Assembly: GCA_038845975.1 (NCBI GenBank)
Contig: JAWBQF010000001.1
Span: 1 to 64,000, forward strand
DNA: 64,000 nt
Source of the DNA: Candidatus Methanomethylicia archaeon
GTDB lineage: Archaea > Thermoproteota > Methanomethylicia > CALHIW01
Reading direction: 5' to 3'
A program made the translations under genes and the position numbers. Below the pieces are notes generated by a model. The model ran no database searches. It was given only the letters and a program-made list of their open reading frames with translations, and was not told the DNA's origin. This document shows positions 20,136-31,265 of this stretch, one piece after another. Position 1 is the first letter of the stretch, and every line of letters starts with the position of its first letter.

Positions 20136-21152
20136 TTAGATTAACTTTAATTCTTTTCTTCTATCAATAGTATCATAGATATTCGGTCCTGTACCTATTA
20201 TTGTAACCGGTACCTTACATATGTTTTCAATTTCCTCAATGAATTTTTTAGCATTTAATGGTAGGTCATCATATAATTTTAGACCTTTAGCTTCAGGAAA
20301 TATTGAGTCAAGCTTTGTTAATGCTATTTGAGTTGCACTATTAATCATAATACTTCTCTTTGCAAGATTAAAGTTAAATGGTGCACTCCTCCTTTTCCTA
20401 CCTGTAACTGTTGCTACTTCAAACCATCCCCTTTTCATAGCTTCCTCTTCACTTAATTCACCTTCTAAAGGGCCCCCTCCAACTCTAGTTATAAACGATT
20501 TAAAAACTACGATTACCTCATCGATCTTTTTAGGCCCTATACCTGCTTCACTACATATTCCTGAAGCTGTTGTATCCCTTGAAGTAACGTATGGATATGT
20601 GCCATGGTAAAGTGATAGATAGGTTCCTTGCGTTCCTTCAACAATTACTGTTCCTCCATCATCAATTATCATGTTTACTTCCTGAGATACATCTGTAATA
20701 AACGGTTTTAACTCATCTATTTCCTTTGCTGTTTTAGCTATACGTTTAACTCGATCTTCAATAGCAGGTCCTACTCCACTTCCTGTTGTTCCTATCTTAT
20801 CTTTAAGATATTGTGAAGATCTATCTCTTTCAACATGTTCCTGATCAATTATTGAAGTATTATAGTCAATCCAGATTCTACCGTATGTGTTTGTTACCTC
20901 AACCTCCTTAAGGAATATTGATGGACTTACATTAGCTCCAGCAGCAATGTAAAGCTTTGCATAGTTATTAATGAAAGCTGATGGCACAATTCTAAGCTTA
21001 ACCTCTTTATTGTTAATGGTAACTGTATGGCCTGCATTTATAGAGCCAACTCTTACTGCAGCATTAACATTACTACTAAGTGCTAAATAAGCTACAATTT
21101 TTCCCTTTCCTTCATCGCCAAAAAATCCTCCAACAACTACATAGCATGTCAT
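20136..21152 (-). CDS. purA: Adenylosuccinate synthetase (short archaeal form)
   Basis: GGFFGDEGKGK, NAGHTV, IGTTGSGVGPA, EGTQG, YPYVTS, TVTGRKRR, TKLD. Confidence 0.97.
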   Translation of the reverse strand: MTCYVVVGGFFGDEGKGKIVAYLALSSNVNAAVRVGSINAGHTVTINNKEVKLRIVPSAFINNYAKLYIAAGANVSPSIFLKEVEVTNTYGRIWIDYNTSIIDQEHVERDRSSQYLKDKIGTTGSGVGPAIEDRVKRIAKTAKEIDELKPFITDVSQEVNMIIDDGGTVIVEGTQGTYLSLYHGTYPYVTSRDTTASGICSEAGIGPKKIDEVIVVFKSFITRVGGGPLEGELSEEEAMKRGWFEVATVTGRKRRSAPFNFNLAKRSIMINSATQIALTKLDSIFPEAKGLKLYDDLPLNAKKFIEEIENICKVPVTIIGTGPNIYDTIDRRKELKLI

Positions 21153-21154
21153 AA

Positions 21155-21547
21155 CTACTCCCTTACCTTCTCATATATCTTCTCAATAATTTTCTCATCT
21201 ACTTCTTCTATTCCTATAGGCCACTTCAATACTTGTTTTTCACTTTTCTTTCCAGCTAATTTTAGTAGTTCCTCCTTTAGTGTTCCAAGCCTTTCAGCAT
21301 CAAGCTTTGCACATCTCTCCCAATAGCTACAATCTTTTATATCACATCTACTTGTTGAGATAATAGCATATCTTCCTTCACAAATACTTCTAACTTTAAT
21401 TATTGGAGGACATATCTCTCTTACACCAATAAATATTATCTCATCATCAACTCCTATACTCTGAGTATAATTTCCCAAAACTCTTCTAATTGCTTCAGTG
21501 ATATTTTCAAGTGTAGACTCAACCACTAAATCCTTACTAGACTTCAT
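21155..21547 (-). CDS. Hypothetical Cys-containing protein, coupled to purA
   Basis: 130-aa ORF with ggtga SD; ends 2 nt before purA. Confidence 0.7.
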   Translation of the reverse strand: MKSSKDLVVESTLENITEAIRRVLGNYTQSIGVDDEIIFIGVREICPPIIKVRSICEGRYAIISTSRCDIKDCSYWERCAKLDAERLGTLKEELLKLAGKKSEKQVLKWPIGIEEVDEKIIEKIYEKVRE

Positions 21548-21652
21548 ACTTCACCATTACACTATACTAGTGTAAAAATATAAATTTATATCTGAAACAG
21601 TAGACTTAGTAACTTGAGTTTCTCTTCTTAGGTAGTTATAGTATAATTGTTT

Positions 21653-21908
21653 TGATGAATAATTCCAGAATTTAAATATCCTCTATTATAACATTCTCTT
21701 GTATTCTTCATTGATAATGCATTACGTCTTTTCAAACCTTTCGAATAAATTAAGCTACTACACATTAAAAACATCTTCAATGAGAGAAACATAGTAGAAT
21801 TGTATACTCATCATTCAGCAAAGGGCAAAGTATTCTTTAACTAAATAACATCACAACAATCACATACTAGACAATAGGAGGATATTTAAATTCTGGAATT
21901 ATTCATCA
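21653..21908. repeat. Perfect 31-bp inverted repeat enclosing 194 bp
   Basis: tgatgaataattccagaatttaaatatcctc (21653-21683) and its exact reverse complement (21878-21908). Confidence 0.95.
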
Positions 21909-22028
21909 GTTATCTATAACTGTTTAGAAGATTAGATTAAGCTGTTAGATCCGGATTATTGACCCATACAGTTATATTTAACCTAATTAACTTAACTTAT
22001 ATATGTTTGGTAGTCTAAATTAGGTTAG

Positions 22029-22772
22029 GTGTTAGATATGACTAATAGAAATAGTATAGTTATAGCGGCAGTAGGTGATATTCATTCTCCAAAGTTCTTG
22101 AAGATCTTTAAAAATTCACTTCATAGTATTCCTTTAAATTATATTGACCTATTTCTTCTTGCAGGAGATAATGTACATAGAAATGCTGTGGACCAAATGG
22201 AGAATGTGGTAAATGCTATTAGAGATATTGGTAATATACCTATCGTATCATGCTTTGGTAATGAGGAATACACTCCTCAAAAGTATAAGGATGAGTATTC
22301 ATCAGTAACATGGCTTGATGATGAATCAATAATATTAAATATTAAGGGATGGAATATTAAGATTATAGGTACTAAGGGTGTTCTCGATAAGCCTACAGCA
22401 TGGCAATCTAAAAATATTAAGGATATAGATAAAATCTATACTGAAAGACTTAGAAAGATTGAGTGCTTAATAAGTGAGGGGAAGGCTGACTTTACCGTTC
22501 TTCTATCTCATTATTCTGTAACTTATAAAACTATGATTGGAGAGCCTGAGAGTTTATGGCCATTACTAGGTAGCAAAGCCGTGGAGGACATTATCCTAAG
22601 AACTAATCTTACACTATGTATACATGCTCATGTCCATAGATCTAGAAGAAAAATAATTGAAGTAAATTCAACAACAATTATCAATGTTTCGCTTCCATCT
22701 ACAAATAATATATCGATCATAACACTTCCAATATCGCAAACACTACAAAAGACTCTTACAAACTTTCTTTAA
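22029..22772 (+). CDS. Calcineurin-like metallophosphoesterase
   Basis: GDIH, LAGD, FGNEEY, SHY, HAHVH motifs. Confidence 0.9.
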   Translation: MLDMTNRNSIVIAAVGDIHSPKFLKIFKNSLHSIPLNYIDLFLLAGDNVHRNAVDQMENVVNAIRDIGNIPIVSCFGNEEYTPQKYKDEYSSVTWLDDESIILNIKGWNIKIIGTKGVLDKPTAWQSKNIKDIDKIYTERLRKIECLISEGKADFTVLLSHYSVTYKTMIGEPESLWPLLGSKAVEDIILRTNLTLCIHAHVHRSRRKIIEVNSTTIINVSLPSTNNISIITLPISQTLQKTLTNFL

Positions 22773-22808
22773 AGCTTTAATAACTTAATAGTTAAAGCAG
22801 ATCATAGT

Positions 22809-24428
22809 ATGACATACTTTATATTTGTGACAGGTGGAGTTCTTTCAAGTGTTGGTAAGGGTATTTTAACAGCTTCTATAGGTAAAATGATTCAAGCTAG
22901 AGGGTTTAAAGTATCCGCCATCAAAATCGATCCATATCTTAATGTTGATGCTGGAACAATGAATCCTCTTGTTCACGGTGAGGTCTTTGTAACTGAGGAT
23001 GGTGGTGAAACAGATCTCGATATAGGTCATTATGAACGTTTTTTAAATACTAACTTAAACAGGGAGAATAATATTACAACAGGTCAAATATATCAAACCG
23101 TTATTGAGAGAGAGAGACGAGGCGACTATCTTGGCCTATGTGTTCAAGTTGTACCACATATTACTGATGAGATTAAGCGTAGAATTAAGCTTGTTGCTGA
23201 GAAGTCAAATGCTGATTTTATTATAGTTGAAGTTGGTGGAACTGTTGGAGATATTGAAAGTCAGCCATTTCTTGAAGCTATAAGACAAATGGCTCTAGAA
23301 TATCCAGGGAAAACACTTTTTATTCACATAGCGCTTGTACCAATACTTGATGTCACTGGTGAACAGAAAACAAAGCCTTTACAACATAGTGTTAATGAGC
23401 TTAGACGTATAGGAATTCAGCCACATATTATTGTTGCACGATGCAAGGTATCTTTAGATCATGAGGTAAAGAGGAAAATAGCGTTGTTCGGAAATGTTCC
23501 GGATGAAGCTGTATTTACCTCATACAATGTAGACTACATATATGAGCTTCCTCTAATACTTGACTCACAGGGAATGGGAGACTATATATGTAAACTACTA
23601 GGACTCCACTTCCGTAAGGCTAACTGGAATGATTGGTTAGAGATTATTAACTCCTTTAAGAAGTCAACGGCGAAAGTTTCAATAGCGATCTGTGGCAAAT
23701 ATGTGAAAACTACAGATGCTTACATAAGCATTAATGAAGCTTTAAAACATGCAGCTGCAAGTCTTGGTGTTGGTGTTGATATTGAATTTATAGATGTTGA
23801 AAAGATTGAAAGAGAAGAGTTGAATGCTAGTATTCTATCTAGATTTGATGGCGTAGTGATTCCTCCAGGATTTGGTGCTAGAGGTGCTTTAGGAAAGCTT
23901 GAAGCAATAAGATTTGCACGTGAAAACAATATACCATTACTTGGAATATGTTTTGGAATGCAGCTTTCAATAGTTGAATTTGCAAGAAATGTTTTAGGAC
24001 TGAAGAATGCAAATACAACGGAAATAGATCCTAATACCCCATATCCTGTAGTAGATTTACTTCCTGAGCAGCGTGAAGTATTGTTTAAAGGAGGTACAAT
24101 GAGGCTAGGCTCATATCCAATAATACTTAAAGAAGGGACCTTAACACACTCCCTATATAAAAGGAAAATAATTTATGAAAGACATAGACATAGATATGAG
24201 GTTAATAAGGATTATTTAGAAACACTAGCTAGTCATGGACTAATTGTTTCCGGCTATAGTCTTAATGACCAAAGAGCTGAATTTATAGAGCTTTCATCTC
24301 ATCCCTTCTTCCTTTGCACTCAAGCTCATCCAGAGTATAAGTCAAGACCTGGAAACCCATCACCAGTCTACATAGGGTTTATAAGAGCATCTATAGAAAG
24401 ACTTAAATCACGTAGAAACATACCATAA
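22809..24428 (+). CDS. pyrG: CTP synthase
   Basis: IFVTGGVLSSVGKG, KIDPYLNVDAGTM, KTKP.QHSV, PGFG.RG, GICFGMQ, RHRHRYE, HPE. Confidence 0.98.
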   Translation: MTYFIFVTGGVLSSVGKGILTASIGKMIQARGFKVSAIKIDPYLNVDAGTMNPLVHGEVFVTEDGGETDLDIGHYERFLNTNLNRENNITTGQIYQTVIERERRGDYLGLCVQVVPHITDEIKRRIKLVAEKSNADFIIVEVGGTVGDIESQPFLEAIRQMALEYPGKTLFIHIALVPILDVTGEQKTKPLQHSVNELRRIGIQPHIIVARCKVSLDHEVKRKIALFGNVPDEAVFTSYNVDYIYELPLILDSQGMGDYICKLLGLHFRKANWNDWLEIINSFKKSTAKVSIAICGKYVKTTDAYISINEALKHAAASLGVGVDIEFIDVEKIEREELNASILSRFDGVVIPPGFGARGALGKLEAIRFARENNIPLLGICFGMQLSIVEFARNVLGLKNANTTEIDPNTPYPVVDLLPEQREVLFKGGTMRLGSYPIILKEGTLTHSLYKRKIIYERHRHRYEVNKDYLETLASHGLIVSGYSLNDQRAEFIELSSHPFFLCTQAHPEYKSRPGNPSPVYIGFIRASIERLKSRRNIP

Positions 24429-24836
24429 CCATAATGAAACTATGATGATTTATTACTAAAGATTCATACTAGGAAAGTAAGTATCTACTTCTCCAAATAC
24501 TTATACTAGGTTTTACTAATTCAAAATATCTAAGCTTCTACATCCTAATTTAAATCCTATATTGACCTTATCTTCTAACCATTATGTAGAGGTTTATAGA
24601 CTAATAAAGGATAAGCCATCCCTAAATATTTATCAACATATATATATAGACCTTTTAAATCATGCTTTACTAATTTTTATAGAATCCTAATTCTAAATTG
24701 TCTTGTAAATCTAAGCTACAGCTAATTTCATACCTAAAGTTTACAAAATCTTCTAAATCAGCGAAAATTATTTATTTTCTCATCTATAACACTATACTAC
24801 TAGACACTTAATTATAAATTTAGAAGCGATAATACT

Positions 24837-25724
24837 ATGGCAGTATATGCTGCCCAAATATTGAAAAAGCTTACTAATGAAGACTTCAGAATTCTTATAG
24901 CTATAGAGAGGGGAATGAGTAGATATAGTTATACACCATTAAACCTAATAGTTAAAATTTCAGGTTTAAGTCTTAATGATACTATTCTTCATTTATCGAA
25001 AATTCACGCTCTTAAATTAATACTAAGATTTATTGGGCCATATATTGGTTATAGGCTTAACTATAGTGGTTATGATGTGCTTGCACTTAATGTTTTATCT
25101 AAGAGAAAAATCATTGAAGCTATTGGTGGTGTTATTGCTAAAGGTAAGGAATCCGATATTCATGAAGCTCTAGCTCCTGGAGGAATTAAAGTTATAGCTA
25201 AGTTTTTCCGTTTAGGTAAAACAAGTTTCAAACAAGTTAAATGTACACGTTCCTTCATAGGTTTAAGGAGACATACCTCATGGCTCTATAAATCTAGACT
25301 TGCTGCATTAAATGAATTTAAAGCACTTGAAATTCTTTATAAACATGGCTTATTTATACCTAAACCAATAGATAGTAATAGACATGTTGTTATAATGTCC
25401 TACATTAACGGTGCCCCACTCTATACCCTAAGTAAATTAGAGGATCCAGCTAAAGTTTTTGAAGATATAATTGATAATTTAAAGCTAGCCCTATCTATCG
25501 GTTTAGTTCACGGTGATTTAAGCGAATATAATATTATGTTAACCCCAGATCATTCAATATACATTATTGATTGGGTCCAATGGGTTAATGTTAATCATCC
25601 AAATGCTCATAATCTTCTTAAAAGGGATATTAAAAATATAACTCAGTATTTTGCTAGAAAGTACGGTATTAAGGGTGATGTAGATAAGATATATGGTGAT
25701 TTGCGGGGTGTTATGAAACGATAA
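24837..25724 (+). CDS. rio2: RIO2 serine/threonine kinase
   Basis: N-terminal wHTH (D.RIL.AIE.GM..Y), GYDVLAL, GKESD, VHGDLSEYNI, IIDW.QW. Confidence 0.95.
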   Translation: MAVYAAQILKKLTNEDFRILIAIERGMSRYSYTPLNLIVKISGLSLNDTILHLSKIHALKLILRFIGPYIGYRLNYSGYDVLALNVLSKRKIIEAIGGVIAKGKESDIHEALAPGGIKVIAKFFRLGKTSFKQVKCTRSFIGLRRHTSWLYKSRLAALNEFKALEILYKHGLFIPKPIDSNRHVVIMSYINGAPLYTLSKLEDPAKVFEDIIDNLKLALSIGLVHGDLSEYNIMLTPDHSIYIIDWVQWVNVNHPNAHNLLKRDIKNITQYFARKYGIKGDVDKIYGDLRGVMKR

Positions 25725-27727
25725 GTAATGATATAGTAATCGGAGTAGACATCTTACCGATGAGCTCTTCACAGGGAATTAGAAAATATGCTGCTACCGT
25801 TATACAGGGGTCTAAAGTTATTGATAGAGCTGATAATATATCCTTCATGGATTTAATTAAGTTTATTAAGAAGTATAATCCATCAGTAGTAGCCTTAGAC
25901 AATATATTTGAATTAGCGGAGTCTATTAGAGACTTAAAGAAGATAGCTTTAATGTTACCCTTAAACATAAAGATCGTACAAGTTACCGGCTCTCCTGAAC
26001 ATGGATTTAAAACATTAGAGTCTCTTGCCTTAGCTAATGGATTAACATGCAAGTCGAAGCTATCCCCACTTGAGTCTTCAGAGATAATAGCTAGACTTGC
26101 ATCTATGAATATCGGCTATATTGTTGAGGTTTTTGAGCCTAAAACAATAGTTACAATATCTCCATCAAAAATAACCAAGAAAGGCGGTATGAGTAGTGAA
26201 AGATATAGACGTGGAATTGAAGGTCAAATATTGATGCTATGTAAAGATATTGAATCTAAGCTTAAATTATCAGGTTTAGACTATGATTTATACATAAGGA
26301 GAAGCTATGGTGGTATTTCAAACGCTAAATTCGTAGTATTTTGTAGTAGGGAGAATCTCCATGGAATCATTCATGGTAAAAAAGGCTATGTTAATATTAG
26401 AATATATCCTGCTCCAAGTAAAACTCTAATATTTAAACCTATTAGTGAAACTGCATTAATGTCTACTCAATCTAAAAGAAATGATTACCTTATTGTTGGT
26501 GTAGATCCTGGAATGGTTACTGGAATAGCTGCATTAAATGTTAATGGTGAATTGCTGCTTTTAACTAGTAAAAGAGGTATTGATAGAAGTGAAATCATAA
26601 AAATAATCTTAGAGTATGGAACTCCTATTGCAATATCGTCCGATGTAAATCCTCCCCCTAGACTTGTCGAAAAGCTAGCTTCCTCTCTTAATCTTATACT
26701 ATATACCCCATCAAGATCTCTACGAGTATCTGAGAAAACGTCATTAGTTCAAAGTTTCGTAGATGAGCATAAAGTAAATCCCCCCCAAGATCCTCATCAG
26801 AGAGATGCTTTAGCCGCAGCTATTAAGGCTTTTCAAAGCTTTAAAAATAAGATGGAGCAGGCTGAAGCACATGCTCAATCACTTGGGTTAAGTGTTTCAC
26901 ACAATGATTTAAGAGCTTTAATAATTAAGGGGTACTCAATAAGTGAAGCTCTAAATATGCTTAGTAAACCCATCAGTATATCTGAAACCCCTCCAGCTAT
27001 TAAACTACCTATTTGGCAGCAGCCCAATGTTGAAAACTTGATTAAAAAGCTAAGTATTCAGAGAACAATTATTAATACTCTAGTTAAGAAGCTTAAAAGT
27101 TCAAATGATGAAATATCATATTTAAAGCTTAAAATTAGAGATTTAGAATGTGAGATTGAAAGAATTAAGAGTGAAGAACATTTAAAGATTAGAAAAGAGA
27201 GAGAAATTGAAACTTTACGAAGTAGGATTGAAGAACTATCAAAAAGCTTTACAGCTCAATCACTGTACATTGATAAGTTAAGAAGTGATATTGAAAATGC
27301 TAAGAAAAACCTAATGGCTCTAGTTAAAGGTGAAATAGTTCCAGTTAAGATATTACGTACAATACAACAATCATCAATTAAAGAAATTCAAAATACTATA
27401 GGCATAGGCAGATTTGACATACTCTATGTTCAAGACTCGTCAAGCTACAGTATTGAAGCTATTAAGGAACTAGCTAAGCTAGATATTCTCGGAGTAATTT
27501 CTAAAAATCCTCCAAACCATTTGGTAGAGGCTTTTGAAGGTAATGGAATACCCATAGTAAACTACGATGAAGCCAACATAACCTGGATTTTTGACATTCC
27601 CTTTATTAATATTAACGCTATAAATCAAATAAAAGAATTAAAAAATAAGCTTAATGAAAAAGTAAAATCTATAAAGAGAATTCAGCTTGAAAAGCTGATT
27701 TCAGAATATAGAAGTAAACGATTATAG
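25721..27727 (+). CDS. DUF460 domain protein (RNase H-like domains plus coiled coil); first ATG 25760, probable ATA start 25721
   Basis: VALDNIFEL, KIVQVTG, GGMS.ERYRR, IVGVDPG..TGIA, H.RDALAAA; in-frame IVIGVDILP precedes the first ATG. Confidence 0.85.
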   Translation: MSNDIVIGVDILPMSSSQGIRKYAATVIQGSKVIDRADNISFMDLIKFIKKYNPSVVALDNIFELAESIRDLKKIALMLPLNIKIVQVTGSPEHGFKTLESLALANGLTCKSKLSPLESSEIIARLASMNIGYIVEVFEPKTIVTISPSKITKKGGMSSERYRRGIEGQILMLCKDIESKLKLSGLDYDLYIRRSYGGISNAKFVVFCSRENLHGIIHGKKGYVNIRIYPAPSKTLIFKPISETALMSTQSKRNDYLIVGVDPGMVTGIAALNVNGELLLLTSKRGIDRSEIIKIILEYGTPIAISSDVNPPPRLVEKLASSLNLILYTPSRSLRVSEKTSLVQSFVDEHKVNPPQDPHQRDALAAAIKAFQSFKNKMEQAEAHAQSLGLSVSHNDLRALIIKGYSISEALNMLSKPISISETPPAIKLPIWQQPNVENLIKKLSIQRTIINTLVKKLKSSNDEISYLKLKIRDLECEIERIKSEEHLKIRKEREIETLRSRIEELSKSFTAQSLYIDKLRSDIENAKKNLMALVKGEIVPVKILRTIQQSSIKEIQNTIGIGRFDILYVQDSSSYSIEAIKELAKLDILGVISKNPPNHLVEAFEGNGIPIVNYDEANITWIFDIPFININAINQIKELKNKLNEKVKSIKRIQLEKLISEYRSKRL

Positions 27728-27853
27728 TTATGAAGCCTACATTTTACAATTTATTCTACTTCATCATTACTGAATTCATCAATAATACTTAAAGATAGAA
27801 GTTAAGTCATAAATAATCAAAGAGAAATATATTACGTGAAATGGATTAAATTA

Positions 27854-29068
27854 CTAGAATAAGCTGCATTTTCCATTAAGTATCATTCCAGTTAGTTTTC
27901 TAATATTATTGAATTCACTATCAACAATATTGTAAATTTCACTTTCAATATTTGCTTTAGGTCTTGTATTATCAGGTATGAACTGTATGTTTGCGATTAG
28001 AGGTTTATCTATTGGTGACCCAATTCTGCTAAGAAGTTTTACATATACCTCTTCTATTCCATCAACTTCCTTATATATTCTATTAGCTATAATATCTGCA
28101 AGTACATTATATAGCTTACCAACATGATTTACAGGATTTTTACCGGCTGTAGCTTCAAGTGACATATATCTGCTTGGTGTTATTAATCCATGTACTCTAT
28201 TTCCTCGACCAGTATTACCATCATCACCAGCTTCAGCTGAAGTACCTGTAACGGTAAGATATACTATACCCTTACTTGGCTTATCAGCATCATTTACAAT
28301 AACCTCAACAGGTATATCTGTGATTTTTGAAGCTAAATCCTCAATTCTCCTTTTAACCTCCTCCTTAATACTTAAGTAGTGACTTAAGTCAGGTATAAGC
28401 TTACTAATCATAGCTACAGCTACTGTTAACTCTATTCTTTCATTTCTTCTTAAGCCCATAACCTTTATATCCTCACCTACTTCTGGAAGACTCTTCCTAA
28501 TATCTGGAGAATTCAGATACCTTTCAGTTTCTAATACTAGTTTCTCCAATTGAGTTAGAGGTGCGAAAGATACTCCAAATGATGTATCATTAGCAAGAGG
28601 TACTTCTCTTTCAAGATTAAAAACACTAACCAGATCCATGGATCCAGGTCTTATTTTATAATCTATTATAACATCACTATTAACATCGAGAAATCTAAGG
28701 CTACTATTAAGAAACTCTCTTACTGAACTTAAAACTATCTTACCTATAGGTACATACTTTATATCAGAACTAGATGCAACACTTGTTATAGCTCTACCTG
28801 CAATGATGATATGTATTGGCTCCTCAACTCTACCCCCACCAAACCATACTGTTGCTTTACCGCCTACAAGAAGGCCCTTATCAACATTATGATGTAGTAT
28901 AGCTCCAAACTCGCTAAGATAGTATTTACTTAAAGCTTTACTTACCGCTTCACATGCACCATCTATAAGATAATCCGGATGCCCTACTCCCTTTCTCTCA
29001 ACAATTTCAATACTCCTTTTAGACACTGGTTTTTGATCAAGCACTTCAATAACAATATTTCTAAACAT
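27854..29068 (-). CDS. mat: S-adenosylmethionine synthetase, archaeal type
   Basis: [60 protein letters not shown]. Confidence 0.97.
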   Translation of the reverse strand: MFRNIVIEVLDQKPVSKRSIEIVERKGVGHPDYLIDGACEAVSKALSKYYLSEFGAILHHNVDKGLLVGGKATVWFGGGRVEEPIHIIIAGRAITSVASSSDIKYVPIGKIVLSSVREFLNSSLRFLDVNSDVIIDYKIRPGSMDLVSVFNLEREVPLANDTSFGVSFAPLTQLEKLVLETERYLNSPDIRKSLPEVGEDIKVMGLRRNERIELTVAVAMISKLIPDLSHYLSIKEEVKRRIEDLASKITDIPVEVIVNDADKPSKGIVYLTVTGTSAEAGDDGNTGRGNRVHGLITPSRYMSLEATAGKNPVNHVGKLYNVLADIIANRIYKEVDGIEEVYVKLLSRIGSPIDKPLIANIQFIPDNTRPKANIESEIYNIVDSEFNNIRKLTGMILNGKCSLF

Positions 29069-29378
29069 ACCATAATCTAGAAAACTTAGCTACTCCTTCT
29101 TATTTAATTTTCGCCATATTTTATTCCTAAAGTAATCAAAATGATGGAGAAGCTAATGAATTAAGCCATTAGTTAATAACTTATTCATTTCAGGCTTTGA
29201 TAAGAGCTAAAGCTTAACTACAGAAATTCTAAATGATTCAATAGGTATAAATTGTCTCTTTAAGAGTAAAGAGCAATACTCTGAAAATACTAGTAGATAT
29301 TATTATGTTCTTTCAAACATAAATTAGATAATGATTTCAAATCAGTTAGATTCTTAAGCTTACCCTAAATAATTACCA

Positions 29379-29606
29379 TTATAGATCAGTCTTAATATAT
29401 AGTATATTATTACCTCTAATAAGAACTTTACCGAATTTTGTTTTAATATCTCCATTATTATTAAGCTCCTGCGTATCAGTCATTGTTAAGTTCATGGTTG
29501 GATCGCATTTAATAAGTCTACCCATGTATTCACTTCCATCCTTCAGCTTAACTATTATTGTCTTATTAACAGATCTAAATAGTAGTTTTAGCGGTTCACT
29601 AGGCAT
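29379..29606 (-). CDS. Sm-like (LSm/SmAP) RNA-binding protein
   Basis: Sm1 VKLKDG..Y.G.L...D..MNL and Sm2 VLIRGNNILYI. Confidence 0.93.
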   Translation of the reverse strand: MPSEPLKLLFRSVNKTIIVKLKDGSEYMGRLIKCDPTMNLTMTDTQELNNNGDIKTKFGKVLIRGNNILYIKTDL

Positions 29607-30046
29607 TAAAGTCCCTCAGCTAGTTCTAACTTAGGATTCACCTATTTAAACTTTATCTCACTAGGGTTGGATTCTATTAAGTTAAGCCTTAAATTTTACA
29701 AGCTTAGTCATGCTAACCTGTTAATATCTTGAAGTAAATTAGACGTATCACTTTATTAGTGGTTTAATCTATTCCTATTGTAGAAGTAGTTCAATATATT
29801 TAAATCATAGCTTTTCACCGATTAATGTTTAATAATTCAATAACTCAATTTTGACAAACTAGAAAGCAGCAATATTTCACATAATATAATAATACATAAT
29901 AGGATATAAGGTTATGAAGAGCTTAAATGTTTTAAACTATCTATTAGGTTAAAATTTAAATTCTACTTTCTAGATTATAAATGAAGATGAAATCTTACAA
30001 GGAGGAGAATAGTTTAAATGCTTTCTTAATTAGTGGAATCAATTAA

Positions 30047-30838
30047 TTACCTATCATTTATATTTAAGTTATCTAGTGTTAGTTTTCCCCTCTCAGCTTC
30101 ATGAATTATTTTACTACATATTTTAGGTGTTAACTTTACATGTTCTAAGTTGGTTTTTACGAGTAAATGCTTAGCTGAGGAACTTATTGATGGTGATACT
30201 ATTATGCCTCTAATACTTGGATTATTTTTCCTCATTCCTTCAACATATCTATAGAGTTGAATAACATCATCTTTTAATGCCATATCCTTTTTTACCTCAA
30301 TAACTACCGTATTACCCTTAGAATCTTTACCGTAGATATCAATAAATCCTGATGAAACATGTTTCTCATCAGTAATCGGTATAAATCCCCTCTCAATGAT
30401 GTTTGGATTCATAAATATTGCCTTCTTCATGTCCTCTTCCGTAGCATACATGGAGAATTCAGCCTCATCCTCTAACTTCATAAATGATATTAAAACAATA
30501 TTTTTAAAAGCAACATTTAAAACTTCACCTTTAAAGTATGAACTTATTTTTAATATGTTTCTACCATATTCACATTTAATGATTGATCCACTAGGCTGCC
30601 AGTTAACTGGTTTAATACCTCTTGGTCTATGTATAATTACTGAGCTATCAGATTTAACTATTAAAATTCTTTCACCAAAACCAATTTTAGATGATGCTCT
30701 ACCGTTATAATCAATAATACAGTTACCAACTATAATTAGAACAGCTTTATTAGATAAGGCTTCATGAATAATTTCACCACACCTATCCAAGCTAGGATTA
30801 ACTTCAAGCTTAAATCTACCCATACATTCAGCTAACAT
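30047..30838 (-). CDS. nucS: Endonuclease NucS/EndoMS
   Basis: Y.GRASS, K.D.SV.IH...PVNWQP, G.IDI.G.D..G..V.IEVK, QL.RYV. Confidence 0.93.
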   Translation of the reverse strand: MLAECMGRFKLEVNPSLDRCGEIIHEALSNKAVLIIVGNCIIDYNGRASSKIGFGERILIVKSDSSVIIHRPRGIKPVNWQPSGSIIKCEYGRNILKISSYFKGEVLNVAFKNIVLISFMKLEDEAEFSMYATEEDMKKAIFMNPNIIERGFIPITDEKHVSSGFIDIYGKDSKGNTVVIEVKKDMALKDDVIQLYRYVEGMRKNNPSIRGIIVSPSISSSAKHLLVKTNLEHVKLTPKICSKIIHEAERGKLTLDNLNINDR

Positions 30839-31265
30839 AAATTAAATAAAAATCTAACGTTCCTTATCGAATCTACTATATTATTACGCTTTACCTCCTT
30901 AATAGATTAGGTTTCTGTTTATGTTATGGTATTAAACACTATATTGTAAGTTAACTTATTAGCATAATATAAGTTAGAGTAGTAAGACATCATTCACTAG
31001 AAGTATAAGAGTATTAATTAAATTCATTTCCATTATTGTCTAATAGGAAACTTAAGGTATTCTTCAATTTAGCAATGTTAGTCAGTAAATAAATAATGAT
31101 ATGAAACATCAAAATACTTATATTACAGTTTCATAGTACTTACAATTGAGGAAGTGAGTAAGATTAGCTTAATATTTAGAATGCTATCATGAGCTAACCT
31201 TACAAAGCATCGATTACATGTTAGTATTGATATAATTAAGTATATATAGGCTCTTTTAAATAATT

